A stretch of DNA of 64,000 bases from Actinomycetota bacterium (GTDB lineage: Bacteria; Actinomycetota; Actinomycetes; Actinomycetales; Microbacteriaceae), in the NCBI GenBank assembly GCA_041181745.1, contig JBEGOY010000056.1, positions 5,918-69,917 on the forward strand. Reading direction: 5' to 3'. Positions within the stretch are counted from its first letter, which is position 1. Each line of letters begins with the position of its first letter. The notes beneath the pieces are model-generated. The model was not told the origin of the DNA and did not search any database. It saw only the letters and a list, made by a program, of their open reading frames with translations. Of the stretch, positions 40,071-49,967 are shown piece by piece. The translations under genes were made by a program, and so were the position numbers.

Positions 40071-42314
40071 GTGAGCGACCTAACGCCAACCGGCAGCATC
40101 GCAACCCTGCGATCTCGCTTGCCGCGTTTGTTTTCGCGAACTGGCCCTTATGCAGCTGAACTAAACGAAATCGTTCGATTGGTTCGCATCAATCATCCGA
40201 AGGCTGACATCTCGATAATTGATCGAGCCTTTGCCGTAGCCGAAGAAGCGCACCGCCCTCAAAAGCGCAAATCTGGTGAGCCATACATCACCCACCCTCT
40301 TGCCGTTACCCTAATTTTGGCCGAACTGGGCATTGGTCCCGTGACTTTGGCCGCCGCGCTGCTGCATGACACTGTTGAAGACACTGATTACTCGCTCGAA
40401 CAACTTCGCAAGGATTTCGGCGACGAAGTGGCAATGTTGGTCGACGGAGTTACCAAGTTAGACAAAGTTAAATTTGGTGATCATGCCCAAGCTGAAACTG
40501 TTCGCAAAATGGTTGTCGCCATGTCAAAGGACATCCGTGTTCTGGTGATCAAACTGGCCGACCGTTTGCACAACGCTAGAACCTGGGGGTTCGTTCCAGA
40601 AGAGTCAGCCAAGCGCAAGGCTCAAGAGACTCTGGAAATTTATGCACCGCTGGCACACCGTCTTGGCATCAACGCGATCAAGTGGGAACTCGAAGACATT
40701 TCATTCTCCGTTTTGTATCCAAAGGTTTACGAAGAAATTGTCAACCTGGTCAAGCAGCGCACGCCAAAGCGTGAAGAGTTCATCGAAAGCGTCATTGGCG
40801 CGATTGAAACTGACCTTCGCGACAATCGCATTAAAGGCAAAGTTGCTGGTCGACCAAAGCAGTACTACTCCATCTACCAAAAGATGGTGGTGCGTGGCCG
40901 CGAGTTTGATGATATCTATGACTTGGTTGGCATACGCGTATTAGTAAACGACGTAAAAGATTGTTATGCAGTGCTCGGTGCAATTCACGCTCGCTGGTCA
41001 CCGGTGCCAGGTCGTTTCAAAGACTATATTGCGATGCCTAAATTCAACCTGTATCAATCACTGCACACCACAGTGATTGGACCTCAGGGGCGTCCGGTCG
41101 AGATTCAGATTCGAACTTTCGAAATGCACCAACGTGCCGAGTATGGTGTGGCAGCTCACTGGAAATACAAAGAGCAAGTTGGCAAGAGCGAGGCAACCAA
41201 AGACGAAGATCTTGCCTGGCTTAAGCACCTCACTGACTGGCAAGCCGAAACGCAGGACCCATCTGAATTTCTTGACTCGCTGCGTTTCGAAATTGGCGCC
41301 AAAGAAGTTTACGTATTCACGCCAAAGGGAAAAGTTATCGGGTTGCCAAGCGGTGCCACCCCGGTTGACTTCGCCTACACGGTGCACACAGAGGTTGGCC
41401 ACCGCACTATGGGTGCCAAAGTAAATGGTCGTCTGGTTCCACTTGAGACCGCGCTGCAATCGGGTGATGTCGTCGAGATATTCACCTCTAAATCTGAGGA
41501 TGCTGGCCCAAGCAAGGACTGGTTGAACTTTGTAAAGTCAGCGCGTGCTCGAGCCAAAATCAAGCAGTGGTTTGCAGTTGGTCGCCGCGACGATGCCATC
41601 GAACAAGGCAAGGAGTTGCTTGCCAAGGCGATGCGCAAGCAGAACCTGCCGTTGCAAAAACTTATGGCGGCTGACGAACTGGTCAAACTCGCGGGGGAGT
41701 TGCGATTCCCTGATGTTGCCGGCCTATACGCTGCCATCGGCGACAACCACATCTCGGCTCAGTCGGTAGTTGAAAAACTGACCGCAGCCATCAACGCCGA
41801 TGACGTTGATGAAACTGAGTTCACGCTGCCATCGTCACCTAGAAGCATCAATCGACAGAGATCCACGGACTCCGGCATTTTGGTCAAGGGAGATGCCGAC
41901 GTATTAGTCAAGCTCGCTCGTTGTTGCACTCCGGTGCCAGGCGACAAGATTATTGGATTCGTCACGCGCGGAAGCGGAGTCTCGGTGCACCGTGAGGACT
42001 GCAAAAACGTTGAAGAACTAAAGCATGAACCTGAGCGTTTGATGGAAGTGAGTTGGGCGCCAACTTCAAAGACTTTGTTCTTGGTGCAGATTCAAATTGA
42101 AGCGTTAGACCGTGCCGGCTTGCTTAGCGATGTGACCCGTGTGCTATCAGAGCATCACGTGAATATTCTTTCGGCTTCGGTTTCAACCAGAAACGACAGA
42201 GTTGCACTGAGCAGATTTGTTTTTGAAATGGGTGACCCAGCGGTGCTGGAACACCTGCTAAATGCGGTGCGCCGAATTGAAGCTGTTTACGACGTGTATC
42301 GAGTTAGTTCTTAA
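40071..42314 (+). CDS. rel: Bifunctional (p)ppGpp synthetase/hydrolase Rel
   Basis: HD hydrolase (LHDTVED), synthetase (YQSLHTT, EIQIRT), TGS, CC and ACT domains. Confidence 0.96.
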   Translation: MSDLTPTGSIATLRSRLPRLFSRTGPYAAELNEIVRLVRINHPKADISIIDRAFAVAEEAHRPQKRKSGEPYITHPLAVTLILAELGIGPVTLAAALLHDTVEDTDYSLEQLRKDFGDEVAMLVDGVTKLDKVKFGDHAQAETVRKMVVAMSKDIRVLVIKLADRLHNARTWGFVPEESAKRKAQETLEIYAPLAHRLGINAIKWELEDISFSVLYPKVYEEIVNLVKQRTPKREEFIESVIGAIETDLRDNRIKGKVAGRPKQYYSIYQKMVVRGREFDDIYDLVGIRVLVNDVKDCYAVLGAIHARWSPVPGRFKDYIAMPKFNLYQSLHTTVIGPQGRPVEIQIRTFEMHQRAEYGVAAHWKYKEQVGKSEATKDEDLAWLKHLTDWQAETQDPSEFLDSLRFEIGAKEVYVFTPKGKVIGLPSGATPVDFAYTVHTEVGHRTMGAKVNGRLVPLETALQSGDVVEIFTSKSEDAGPSKDWLNFVKSARARAKIKQWFAVGRRDDAIEQGKELLAKAMRKQNLPLQKLMAADELVKLAGELRFPDVAGLYAAIGDNHISAQSVVEKLTAAINADDVDETEFTLPSSPRSINRQRSTDSGILVKGDADVLVKLARCCTPVPGDKIIGFVTRGSGVSVHREDCKNVEELKHEPERLMEVSWAPTSKTLFLVQIQIEALDRAGLLSDVTRVLSEHHVNILSASVSTRNDRVALSRFVFEMGDPAVLEHLLNAVRRIEAVYDVYRVSS

Positions 42315-42317
42315 GAC

Positions 42318-43556
42318 TTAAGCCATTGAAGCTTTAACAACTTCAAGCCATGCCTTGCGCGCAGCCAGAGCCTCGGTTGCAGCAGCCTTTTTCTTGGCAT
42401 CATTCGACTTGGTTGCGGCAGCAAGATCTGCCTCAAGCTTTGCAATTGAATCTTCAAGCTGAGCCAGCACACCATTTGAACGCTCGATGACCTCGGGGTC
42501 GCTCTTGCGCCATTCGTCTTCTTCAACCTTGCGCACCTTGGCTTCGATGGCACGAAGCTTGTCTTCAGTTTCGCGAAGTTTTTCCTTTGGAACCTTGCCA
42601 GCCTTTTCCCACTTGGTCTGAATTGCCGCCAGCTGCTTCTTTGCCTCGGCAAGGTTCTTATTCGGGTCAATCGATTCGGCTTCTTTTAGCAATGCAAGCT
42701 TGGTTTCAAGGTTTGCCGCGTATTCAACACTTTCAACTGCAACCTGCTCTGACTTCGCAGCATAAATTGCATCACCAGCGGCCTTGAATTGCGCCCACAT
42801 TGCATCGTCAGACTTTCCAGGAGTGCGACCTGAGGCCTTCCACTCATCTAGAAGTTTGCGGTACTCAACAACTGCGTCGGCGCCCTTTGATACCAAAGCT
42901 TCTGCGCGAGCAACGATGTCTGCCTTCTTTGACTTCGCGGCTTTATTCACGGCATCGAGACCTGCAAAGTACTGGCGCTTATTTCCTTCAAAGCGAGTGC
43001 GAGCGCTAGAAAAACGCTTCCACAATGCATCGGCTTCTGACTTTGAAACCTTTGGGCCATTCTTTTGAATTGCCTGCCACTGTTCAAACAGTGCAGTTAG
43101 CTCAACGGTTGAGTTCTTCCACTGGGTCTTGGCGGTGTCTTGGTTGGCAATTGCTTCTGCCTTGGTCACAATCTCTGTGCGCTTGGCAATTGCCTCGGCA
43201 GTTGCCTCTTTAGAAGACTCGTGTTTCTCGGCAACCAAAACCGCAATCTTGGCATCAAGATTCGAAACGCGACGACGAAGGTCTGCAATGTCGCCAACAA
43301 CCGCCGGCTCCTTTAGCTCTTCGGCAAGTTTCTGGGCCGCCTTCTTTAGACCGTGCGAATCAACCTTGTTTGCAACACGTTGCTCAAGGATGCGAACCTG
43401 AGCTTCGATGTCTGCAAATTTGCGCTCAAAGTAGGCAAGTGCATCTGCAGCAGGCACGTTTGGGTACTGGCCAACTTTGCGCTCGGAGCCGCCTTCGGTG
43501 ACATAAACGTTGTTGTCTGCATCTACGCGACCGAATGAATTAGTGGTTGTTGACAC
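42318..43556 (-). CDS. DUF349 domain protein
   Basis: FGRVDADNNVYV N-terminus and repeated helical W..G...LW.RF units. Syntenic after rel. Confidence 0.85.
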   Translation of the reverse strand: MSTTTNSFGRVDADNNVYVTEGGSERKVGQYPNVPAADALAYFERKFADIEAQVRILEQRVANKVDSHGLKKAAQKLAEELKEPAVVGDIADLRRRVSNLDAKIAVLVAEKHESSKEATAEAIAKRTEIVTKAEAIANQDTAKTQWKNSTVELTALFEQWQAIQKNGPKVSKSEADALWKRFSSARTRFEGNKRQYFAGLDAVNKAAKSKKADIVARAEALVSKGADAVVEYRKLLDEWKASGRTPGKSDDAMWAQFKAAGDAIYAAKSEQVAVESVEYAANLETKLALLKEAESIDPNKNLAEAKKQLAAIQTKWEKAGKVPKEKLRETEDKLRAIEAKVRKVEEDEWRKSDPEVIERSNGVLAQLEDSIAKLEADLAAATKSNDAKKKAAATEALAARKAWLEVVKASMA

Positions 43557-43596
43557 TTGAGGCTCCTGAGTTTGGTGTCCGTGAATACGCTTGGTT

Positions 43597-44382
43597 TTAT
43601 TTTAGGCTGATGGCGCCGAGCTTGGTTTCGACAGCTGGCTTGCCATCGGTTCCTCCACCGGATACGCCACCATCAATAATTGGCTTCAAAGATTCCAAGC
43701 CCTTGGTGATCTCACCAAACACTGTGTAGCCGCCGGCGGCATCCGCTGGAATTGGGCTGTCTTTGTAGACGATGAAGAATTGGCTGCCCATGCTTGAATC
43801 ATTGCCGCCCTGACGCGCCATTGCCAAAACACCGGTCTTATAAATGTTGTCTGCCGGTGCGTTTTCGATTGGACCGAACGAGTATCCCGGGCCACCGGTG
43901 CCGTCGCCCTTCGGATCGCCACACTGAAGCACGAAGATTCCCGCGGTGGTTAGTCGGTGACAGGTCACGTTCTTATAGAAACCCTTTTTTGCCAGGGTGA
44001 TGAAGTTAGCCACCGCTTGAGGCGCGTTCTTGCCGTCAAGGTTGACCGATAGAGCTTTGCCATTGATGTCAATGGTGCCGGTCCAGGCGCGGTTTTCGGC
44101 GAGGCTTGCTGCAGGAACACCGGCGGCATTTGCGCTGGAACTTGCCGATGGGCTGGCCGAAGGATTCGCTGAAGCGACCACGTGGCCGGGGCCGAAACCA
44201 AAGTAGCTCAATTGCAAAACCACAGCCAGAACAACTGCGCCGGCAGAAATAATCAATGCCAAACGGTTATCGCGGCTGCGCTTGGCCTTGGCAACTTCTG
44301 CCTGCCCCTGCTTTGCCTCATACTCGGCCAAACGTGCGGCCGCGCTTGAATAAATGTTCTGCTGCTTCTTTTTCGATGCCAT
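43597..44382 (-). CDS. Membrane-anchored cyclophilin-type peptidyl-prolyl isomerase
   Basis: CHRLTT, LQCGDP.GDGTGGPGY, AMAR and SQFFIVY. One TM helix. Confidence 0.92.
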   Translation of the reverse strand: MASKKKQQNIYSSAAARLAEYEAKQGQAEVAKAKRSRDNRLALIISAGAVVLAVVLQLSYFGFGPGHVVASANPSASPSASSSANAAGVPAASLAENRAWTGTIDINGKALSVNLDGKNAPQAVANFITLAKKGFYKNVTCHRLTTAGIFVLQCGDPKGDGTGGPGYSFGPIENAPADNIYKTGVLAMARQGGNDSSMGSQFFIVYKDSPIPADAAGGYTVFGEITKGLESLKPIIDGGVSGGGTDGKPAVETKLGAISLK

Positions 44383-44465
44383 GAGTGCCCCTCTAGAAAT
44401 GCTCCTGCTCGATATTACGCAAGTTATGGCCACGCGGTTTGCAGCCTTTCGATTAGCCTTTGCTT

Positions 44466-45806
44466 ATGTCTGACCAGTCGGGTTTCTATTCATCGGTGAT
44501 GCCTTTGGCCGCCAGAATGCGCCCGGCAACCATGGATGAACTTGTGGGGCAGAAGCACCTTCTGGGTGCCGGATCGCCGCTTCGAGCTTTGGCTCAAAAG
44601 GCAGAGGCTGGCGAAAAGGCAAGCACGGTCTCAGTTATTTTGTGGGGACCACCGGGTACTGGTAAAACCACCATCGCTCAGCTGGTGGCTCGATTGAGCG
44701 GTCGCCGCTTTGTGGAACTAAGTGCGATCACCGCCGGAGTCAAAGACGTTCGCGAAGTTATGGAGCGTGCCCGAGCTGACCGAGACACCTATGGAGTCAG
44801 CACCATACTCTTTCTCGATGAAATTCACCGTTTCTCGAAGGCGCAGCAAGATGCCTTGTTGCCGGGTGTCGAAAATGGGTGGATCGTTCTAATCGCCGCC
44901 ACCACAGAAAATCCGAGTTTCTCGGTGATTGCACCCTTGCTTTCAAGATCATTGATGCTGACCTTGAATTCGCTCAGCGACGAAGACCTCGAAGTGTTGC
45001 TGGTTCGTGCGGCAGAAGACCCGCGTGGGCTAGCCGGCAAAGTTGAGCTTGAGGCCGAAGTGGTGCCACACATCGTGCGCCTTGCCGACGGCGATGCTCG
45101 ACGGGCGCTTACCGTGCTCGAGGCATCCGCGGCGGTCGCTTCTGCGCGTGCAGGCAAAAAACAAGCCAAAATCACCGTGGATGATGTGGCCAAGGCCATG
45201 GACCGGGCTCTGGTGCGCTATGACAAAGATGGCGACCAGCACTACGACGTAATCAGTGCCTTCATTAAGTCGGTGCGTGGCTCAGACGCCGATGCGGCGG
45301 TTCACTATCTAGCTCGCATGATTGAAGCGGGCGAGGATCCACGGTTCATTGCCCGACGGTTGATCATTCTGGCAGCAGAAGACATCGGCCTGGCCGACCC
45401 TCAGGCTTTGGGCGTGGCCGTAGCTGCAGCCGAGGCGGTTGCCATGATTGGCATGCCCGAGGGGCGAATTCCGTTGGCTGAAGTCACCATCTACCTGGCG
45501 CTCGCGCCAAAGAGCAACACTGCCTACAACGCTATAAACAGCGCCCTGGATGATGTGCGAGCCGGCCTGTTTGGCGAGGTTCCCAAGCCGCTGCGAAGCT
45601 CAAACTACTCGGGGGCCAAGAAATCCGGGGCAGGGGTTGGCTACATCTACCCCCACGACGATCCAAAATCCGTGGTGCCACAGCGCTACCTGGCCGATAA
45701 ATCCCTCGGCCGAAGTTATTACGTCGCCAAAGACATTGGGGCAGAGCGTGAATATGTTGATCGGTGGCCGAGGTTGCGCTCAATCATCCGGGGCTTCAAA
45801 AAATAG
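44466..45806 (+). CDS. rarA: Replication-associated recombination protein A (RarA/MgsA)
   Basis: PLAARMRP, GPPGTGKTT, DEIHRF, ATTENP and SAFIKSVRGSD. Confidence 0.94.
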   Translation: MSDQSGFYSSVMPLAARMRPATMDELVGQKHLLGAGSPLRALAQKAEAGEKASTVSVILWGPPGTGKTTIAQLVARLSGRRFVELSAITAGVKDVREVMERARADRDTYGVSTILFLDEIHRFSKAQQDALLPGVENGWIVLIAATTENPSFSVIAPLLSRSLMLTLNSLSDEDLEVLLVRAAEDPRGLAGKVELEAEVVPHIVRLADGDARRALTVLEASAAVASARAGKKQAKITVDDVAKAMDRALVRYDKDGDQHYDVISAFIKSVRGSDADAAVHYLARMIEAGEDPRFIARRLIILAAEDIGLADPQALGVAVAAAEAVAMIGMPEGRIPLAEVTIYLALAPKSNTAYNAINSALDDVRAGLFGEVPKPLRSSNYSGAKKSGAGVGYIYPHDDPKSVVPQRYLADKSLGRSYYVAKDIGAEREYVDRWPRLRSIIRGFKK

Positions 45807-45830
45807 CCCTTTCGCTGTTAGGATTGACAG

Positions 45831-45995
45831 GTTGCCGACTGGAGCACTCAAACGCGGCTGTGCGAGTGTTCAATTCACGGTGCGACCCTCTAATAGCCGG
45901 AGGGTCCGTGGCAGAGGATCCAATCCAAGATCCGTTTTGTGAACATTGACCGCTATAACCGCAATTGCTTAATTGCATTTGCATGAAAGGAACAC
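45831..45995 (+). promoter_or_regulatory. Structured 5' leader of rpsD (candidate S4 r-leader)
   Basis: TAGGAT at 45819-45824, several nested stems, SD GAAAGGA. Confidence 0.5.
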
Positions 45996-46625
45996 GTGTC
46001 TAAAACCACACGTACCCGTAGTAAAACACGTTTGTCTCGTGCGTTGGGTCTAGCCCTAACCCCGAAGGCAGCAAAGTACCTAGAAAAGCGCCCATATGCT
46101 CCAGGTGAGCACGGCCGCACTAAGAAGAAGGCCGACAGCGACTACGCCGTTCGTCTTCGCGAGAAGCAGCGTCTTCGCGCCCAGTACGGCATCCGTGAGG
46201 CACAGCTTCGCAAGACCTTCCAAGAGGCAAAGCGCACCGACGGCCTAACTGGTGAAAACCTAGTTGAGCTTCTAGAGATGCGTCTTGACGCAATCGTGCT
46301 TCGCGCAGGTTTCGCTCGCACAATTGCTCAGGCACGTCAGATGGTGGTTCACCGTCACATTCTTGTAAACGGCGAGCGCGTTGACCGTCCTTCATTCCGT
46401 GTGAAGCCTGGTCAGCTAGTTCACGTGCACGAGAAGTCAGAAAAGACTGAGCCTTTCCAGATTGCAGCAGCCGGCGGTCACGTCGACGTTCTGCCTCCAG
46501 TTCCTGGTTACTTGGATGTTGCTCTAGACAAGTTGCACGTCACTTTGACTCGTCGTCCAAAGCGTGCTGAAGTTCCAGTTACCTGTGAAGTTCAGCTTGT
46601 TGTTGAGTACTACGCAGCTCGATAA
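45996..46625 (+). CDS. rpsD: 30S ribosomal protein S4 (Cys-free N-terminus)
   Basis: PGEHG, LREKQRLR, LEMRLD, ARQMVVHRHI and LVVEYY. Confidence 0.97.
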   Translation: MSKTTRTRSKTRLSRALGLALTPKAAKYLEKRPYAPGEHGRTKKKADSDYAVRLREKQRLRAQYGIREAQLRKTFQEAKRTDGLTGENLVELLEMRLDAIVLRAGFARTIAQARQMVVHRHILVNGERVDRPSFRVKPGQLVHVHEKSEKTEPFQIAAAGGHVDVLPPVPGYLDVALDKLHVTLTRRPKRAEVPVTCEVQLVVEYYAAR

Positions 46626-46643
46626 AACAACTTAGGAGTTCAG

Positions 46644-46991
46644 ATGAGTGGCGGAGACATTGCTGCACTGGTTGCAGCCGGAGCCTTTTTGCTTCTGGTG
46701 CTGTTTATTGCAGTGCCATTGCTAAAGCTCGGCCGTGTGCTTGACGAGACTCGCGAATCTATTCGTGATTTGAACAGCAGCGTTGCTCCGCTACTCACTG
46801 AACTTACCGACACCGTCACCGAAGCTAACAAGCAGTTGGCTCGCGTTGACGTGATCACCGAAAACGTTGCAGAGGTAACTTCAAACATCAGCTCGTTGGT
46901 AGCTGTGTTTTCATCTGCAGTGGGTTCACCATTAGTAAAACTTGCAGGTCTTGCTCAAGGACTGCGATCAAATCTCACAAAGAAGAAATAG
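46644..46991 (+). CDS. DUF948 family membrane protein
   Basis: MSGGDIAAL TM plus coiled coil. Syntenic between rpsD and alaS. Confidence 0.85.
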   Translation: MSGGDIAALVAAGAFLLLVLFIAVPLLKLGRVLDETRESIRDLNSSVAPLLTELTDTVTEANKQLARVDVITENVAEVTSNISSLVAVFSSAVGSPLVKLAGLAQGLRSNLTKKK

Positions 46992-47000
46992 GTATCGACA

Positions 47001-47306
47001 ATGAAGAAGTTGTTCTGGATTATTGTTGGCGTTTTTGCCGGAGTTGAGATTAAGAAGCAGCTCGACAAAAACCCTGAGGCACAGGCCAAGCTAGATGACG
47101 CAACTAAGCGTGCGCGAGAACTTGGTGAGCAGATTGCCGAGCAGGTCACCGAGGGTTTCAAAGAGCGCACTGCTGAGTTGCGCGGCACAACACGCAAGCC
47201 AGCGGCCAAGAAGCCTGCGGCTAAAAAGCCTGCTGCTGCCAAGAAGCCAGCTGCAAAGCGTGCTCCTGCAACAAAGCCGGCTAGCAAGCCAGCTGCCGAC
47301 ATCTAA
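47001..47306 (+). CDS. Small membrane-anchored hypothetical protein with PAAKK tail
   Basis: MKKLFWIIVGVFAG anchor, helical middle, KPAAK repeats. Confidence 0.75.
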   Translation: MKKLFWIIVGVFAGVEIKKQLDKNPEAQAKLDDATKRARELGEQIAEQVTEGFKERTAELRGTTRKPAAKKPAAKKPAAAKKPAAKRAPATKPASKPAADI

Positions 47307-47309
47307 TAA

Positions 47310-49967
47310 ATGCAGACGGCAGAAATTCGCCAACGCTGGCTCAACTTTTTTGAGGGCAAAGGCCACACTGTTGTTCCATCTGCATCGCTAATCAGCGAAG
47401 ACCCGTCACTGCTTTTCACAGTGGCTGGCATGGTTCCTTTTATTCCATACATGAGCGGTTTGGTGCCTGCACCATACCCGCGGGCAACCAGCGTGCAAAA
47501 GTGTGTGCGCACCCTAGACATCGAAGAAGTCGGCAAGACCACCCGCCACGGCACTTTCTTTCAGATGAACGGAAACTTCTCATTCGGTGATTACTTCAAA
47601 AAGGAAGCAATTGCGTACGCCTGGGAATTTCTTACCGGTTCAAAAGAGAGTGGTTGTCTTGGCCTAGACCCGCAGTTGCTCTGGGTAACAGTTTTTCAAG
47701 ACGACGACGAGTCGATTGCTATTTGGCGCGAAGTTGCCGACATTCCAATGGAACGCATTCAGCGTCGTGGAATGAAAGACAACTACTGGTCAACCGGTCA
47801 GCCTGGCCCTGCTGGCCCGTGTTCAGAGATCTATTACGACCGAGGCCCGGCCTACGGTCGTGAGGGTGGCCCCGAAGCCGACGAAGATCGCTACATCGAA
47901 ATTTGGAACCTCGTGTTTATGCAATACGAGCGTGGCCAAGGAACCGGCAAAGATAACTTTGAAATTCTTGGCGAACTGCCAAAGAAAAACATCGACACCG
48001 GAATGGGTCTTGAGCGCGTTGCATTTTTGATGCAGGGTGTAGAAAACCTTTACGAAATTGATCAGGTTCGTCCAGTTCTTGACTTGGCAGCGTCGCTCTC
48101 GGGCAAGACCTACGGTGCAAACGTTGAAGACGATGTGCGCATGCGTGTTGTAGCTGATCACGTTCGCTCAGCCTTGATGCTGATTGGCGATGGTGTCACA
48201 CCGGCCAACGATGGTCGCGGCTATGTATTGCGTCGTCTTTTGCGTCGTTCAGTTCGTGCAATGCGTTTGCTTGGTGTTGAGACGCCAATTTTCAAAATAC
48301 TTTTTACTGCGTCTAAAGATGCAATGAGGGCAGCGTATCCAGAGTTGGAAACCGACTTTGATCGCATCTTGAAGACTGCAATCGCTGAAGAAGAAACTTT
48401 CTTGCGCACTCTTACTGCCGGCACCGTTTATCTGGATGAAGCCCTAGACGCGGTTAAGTCATCTGGTTCAAAACAGCTTGCCGGCGATGCAGCATTCTTG
48501 CTGCACGATACTTACGGATTTCCAATCGATCTAACTCTTGAGATTGCCGAAGAAGCAGGCCTCTCAGTTGATCGCGATGGCTTCAAGGCTTTGATGGCAG
48601 AGCAGCGCGACCGAGCCAAGGCAGATGCCCGCGAAAAGAAGTTGGGTGGCACCGATCTTTCGGTTTATTCAGCATTCCGCGCAAAGGGGGTCACCAAGTT
48701 CACCGGCTATGAACAACTTGAAACCGGGGCAGAAGTTCTTGGTTTGCTCGTTGATGGTTCTGACGCTAAGCATGCAAAACAGGGTCAAATTGCCGAAGTA
48801 ATTCTTGATGAAACATCTTTCTATGCCGAGTCGGGTGGTCAGGATTCTGACGCCGGCTTCATCATCGCGGATGGCTTGCAACTTGAGGTTCTTGATGTGC
48901 AGAAGCCGGTTAAGGGACTAATCAGCCACAAGGTTTTGGTTCGCTCTGGTGAAGTTTCTGTGGGGCAGAAAGTTTCTACCCAAGTTGACGCCGATTGGCG
49001 CTTGGGTGCGTGTCAAGCTCACTCGGCAACTCACGTTGTTCACGCGGCACTGCGACAGGTGCTTGGTCCGTCTGCTTTGCAGAGTGGTTCATACAACAAG
49101 CCCGGTTACCTTCGCTTAGATTTCGCTTGGGCGCAGGCACTTTCACTTGAAACTAGAAGCGAGATTGAAGAAGTCACGAATCTTGCTATCCGTGGCGATC
49201 TTGCAGTGAGTGCGCAATACATGTCGTTGCCAGAGGCTAAAACCTGGGGCGCAGTTGCCCTGTTTGGCGAAACCTACGACGAAAGCGTTCGTGTGGTTCA
49301 AGTTGGCGGCCCGTGGTCACGCGAGCTCTGTGGTGGAACTCACGTTTCGCGTAGCTCTCAAATTGGTTTGGTCTCTTTGATTGGTGAATCAAGCGTGGGT
49401 TCAGGTTCTCGACGCGTCGAGGCTTTGGTGGGCATCGAAGCTTTCCGAGCTTTGGCTGGCGAACGCGCTTTGGTTGCACGTCTAGCCGAGTCGATGAAGG
49501 CGCCTAAGGAACAACTTGAGGAGCGCCTCGCCCAAACCATCGAAGAATTGAAAACTGCCCAGCGTAAGTTAGCTGCTTTGCAGGCGGGTCAACTGGCCAC
49601 CAAGATTCCTGAGTTGATCTCTGGTGCAAAAGAAATAAAGGGCAGCAAGTTTGTTGCTGCAAATCTTGGTGAACTCGATTCCGTGGATGACCTTCGCACG
49701 CTAGCGACTCAATTGCGCGACAAGTTCGGCGACACTTCGGCAACGGCTGCCCTATTTGCAGTAATCGCCGATAAGCCAATGTTGGTGGTTGCCACAACTA
49801 TGACCGCTCGTCAGCACGGCATTAAGGCTGGTGCGCTTGTAAAGACTGCAAGTGCAATCCTTGGCGGTGGCGGCGGCGGCAAAGATGACATGGCGCAGGG
49901 TGGCGGTCAAGACGTCAGCAAGATCGATGCTGCAGTAGCCGCAATCGAAGGAGCGTTGAACGCATAG
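47310..49967 (+). CDS. alaS: Alanine--tRNA ligase
   Basis: LLFTVAGM, RHGTFFQM, IDTGMGLER, HSATH, ELCGGTH and C-terminal GGGGGG. Confidence 0.97.
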   Translation: MQTAEIRQRWLNFFEGKGHTVVPSASLISEDPSLLFTVAGMVPFIPYMSGLVPAPYPRATSVQKCVRTLDIEEVGKTTRHGTFFQMNGNFSFGDYFKKEAIAYAWEFLTGSKESGCLGLDPQLLWVTVFQDDDESIAIWREVADIPMERIQRRGMKDNYWSTGQPGPAGPCSEIYYDRGPAYGREGGPEADEDRYIEIWNLVFMQYERGQGTGKDNFEILGELPKKNIDTGMGLERVAFLMQGVENLYEIDQVRPVLDLAASLSGKTYGANVEDDVRMRVVADHVRSALMLIGDGVTPANDGRGYVLRRLLRRSVRAMRLLGVETPIFKILFTASKDAMRAAYPELETDFDRILKTAIAEEETFLRTLTAGTVYLDEALDAVKSSGSKQLAGDAAFLLHDTYGFPIDLTLEIAEEAGLSVDRDGFKALMAEQRDRAKADAREKKLGGTDLSVYSAFRAKGVTKFTGYEQLETGAEVLGLLVDGSDAKHAKQGQIAEVILDETSFYAESGGQDSDAGFIIADGLQLEVLDVQKPVKGLISHKVLVRSGEVSVGQKVSTQVDADWRLGACQAHSATHVVHAALRQVLGPSALQSGSYNKPGYLRLDFAWAQALSLETRSEIEEVTNLAIRGDLAVSAQYMSLPEAKTWGAVALFGETYDESVRVVQVGGPWSRELCGGTHVSRSSQIGLVSLIGESSVGSGSRRVEALVGIEAFRALAGERALVARLAESMKAPKEQLEERLAQTIEELKTAQRKLAALQAGQLATKIPELISGAKEIKGSKFVAANLGELDSVDDLRTLATQLRDKFGDTSATAALFAVIADKPMLVVATTMTARQHGIKAGALVKTASAILGGGGGGKDDMAQGGGQDVSKIDAAVAAIEGALNA

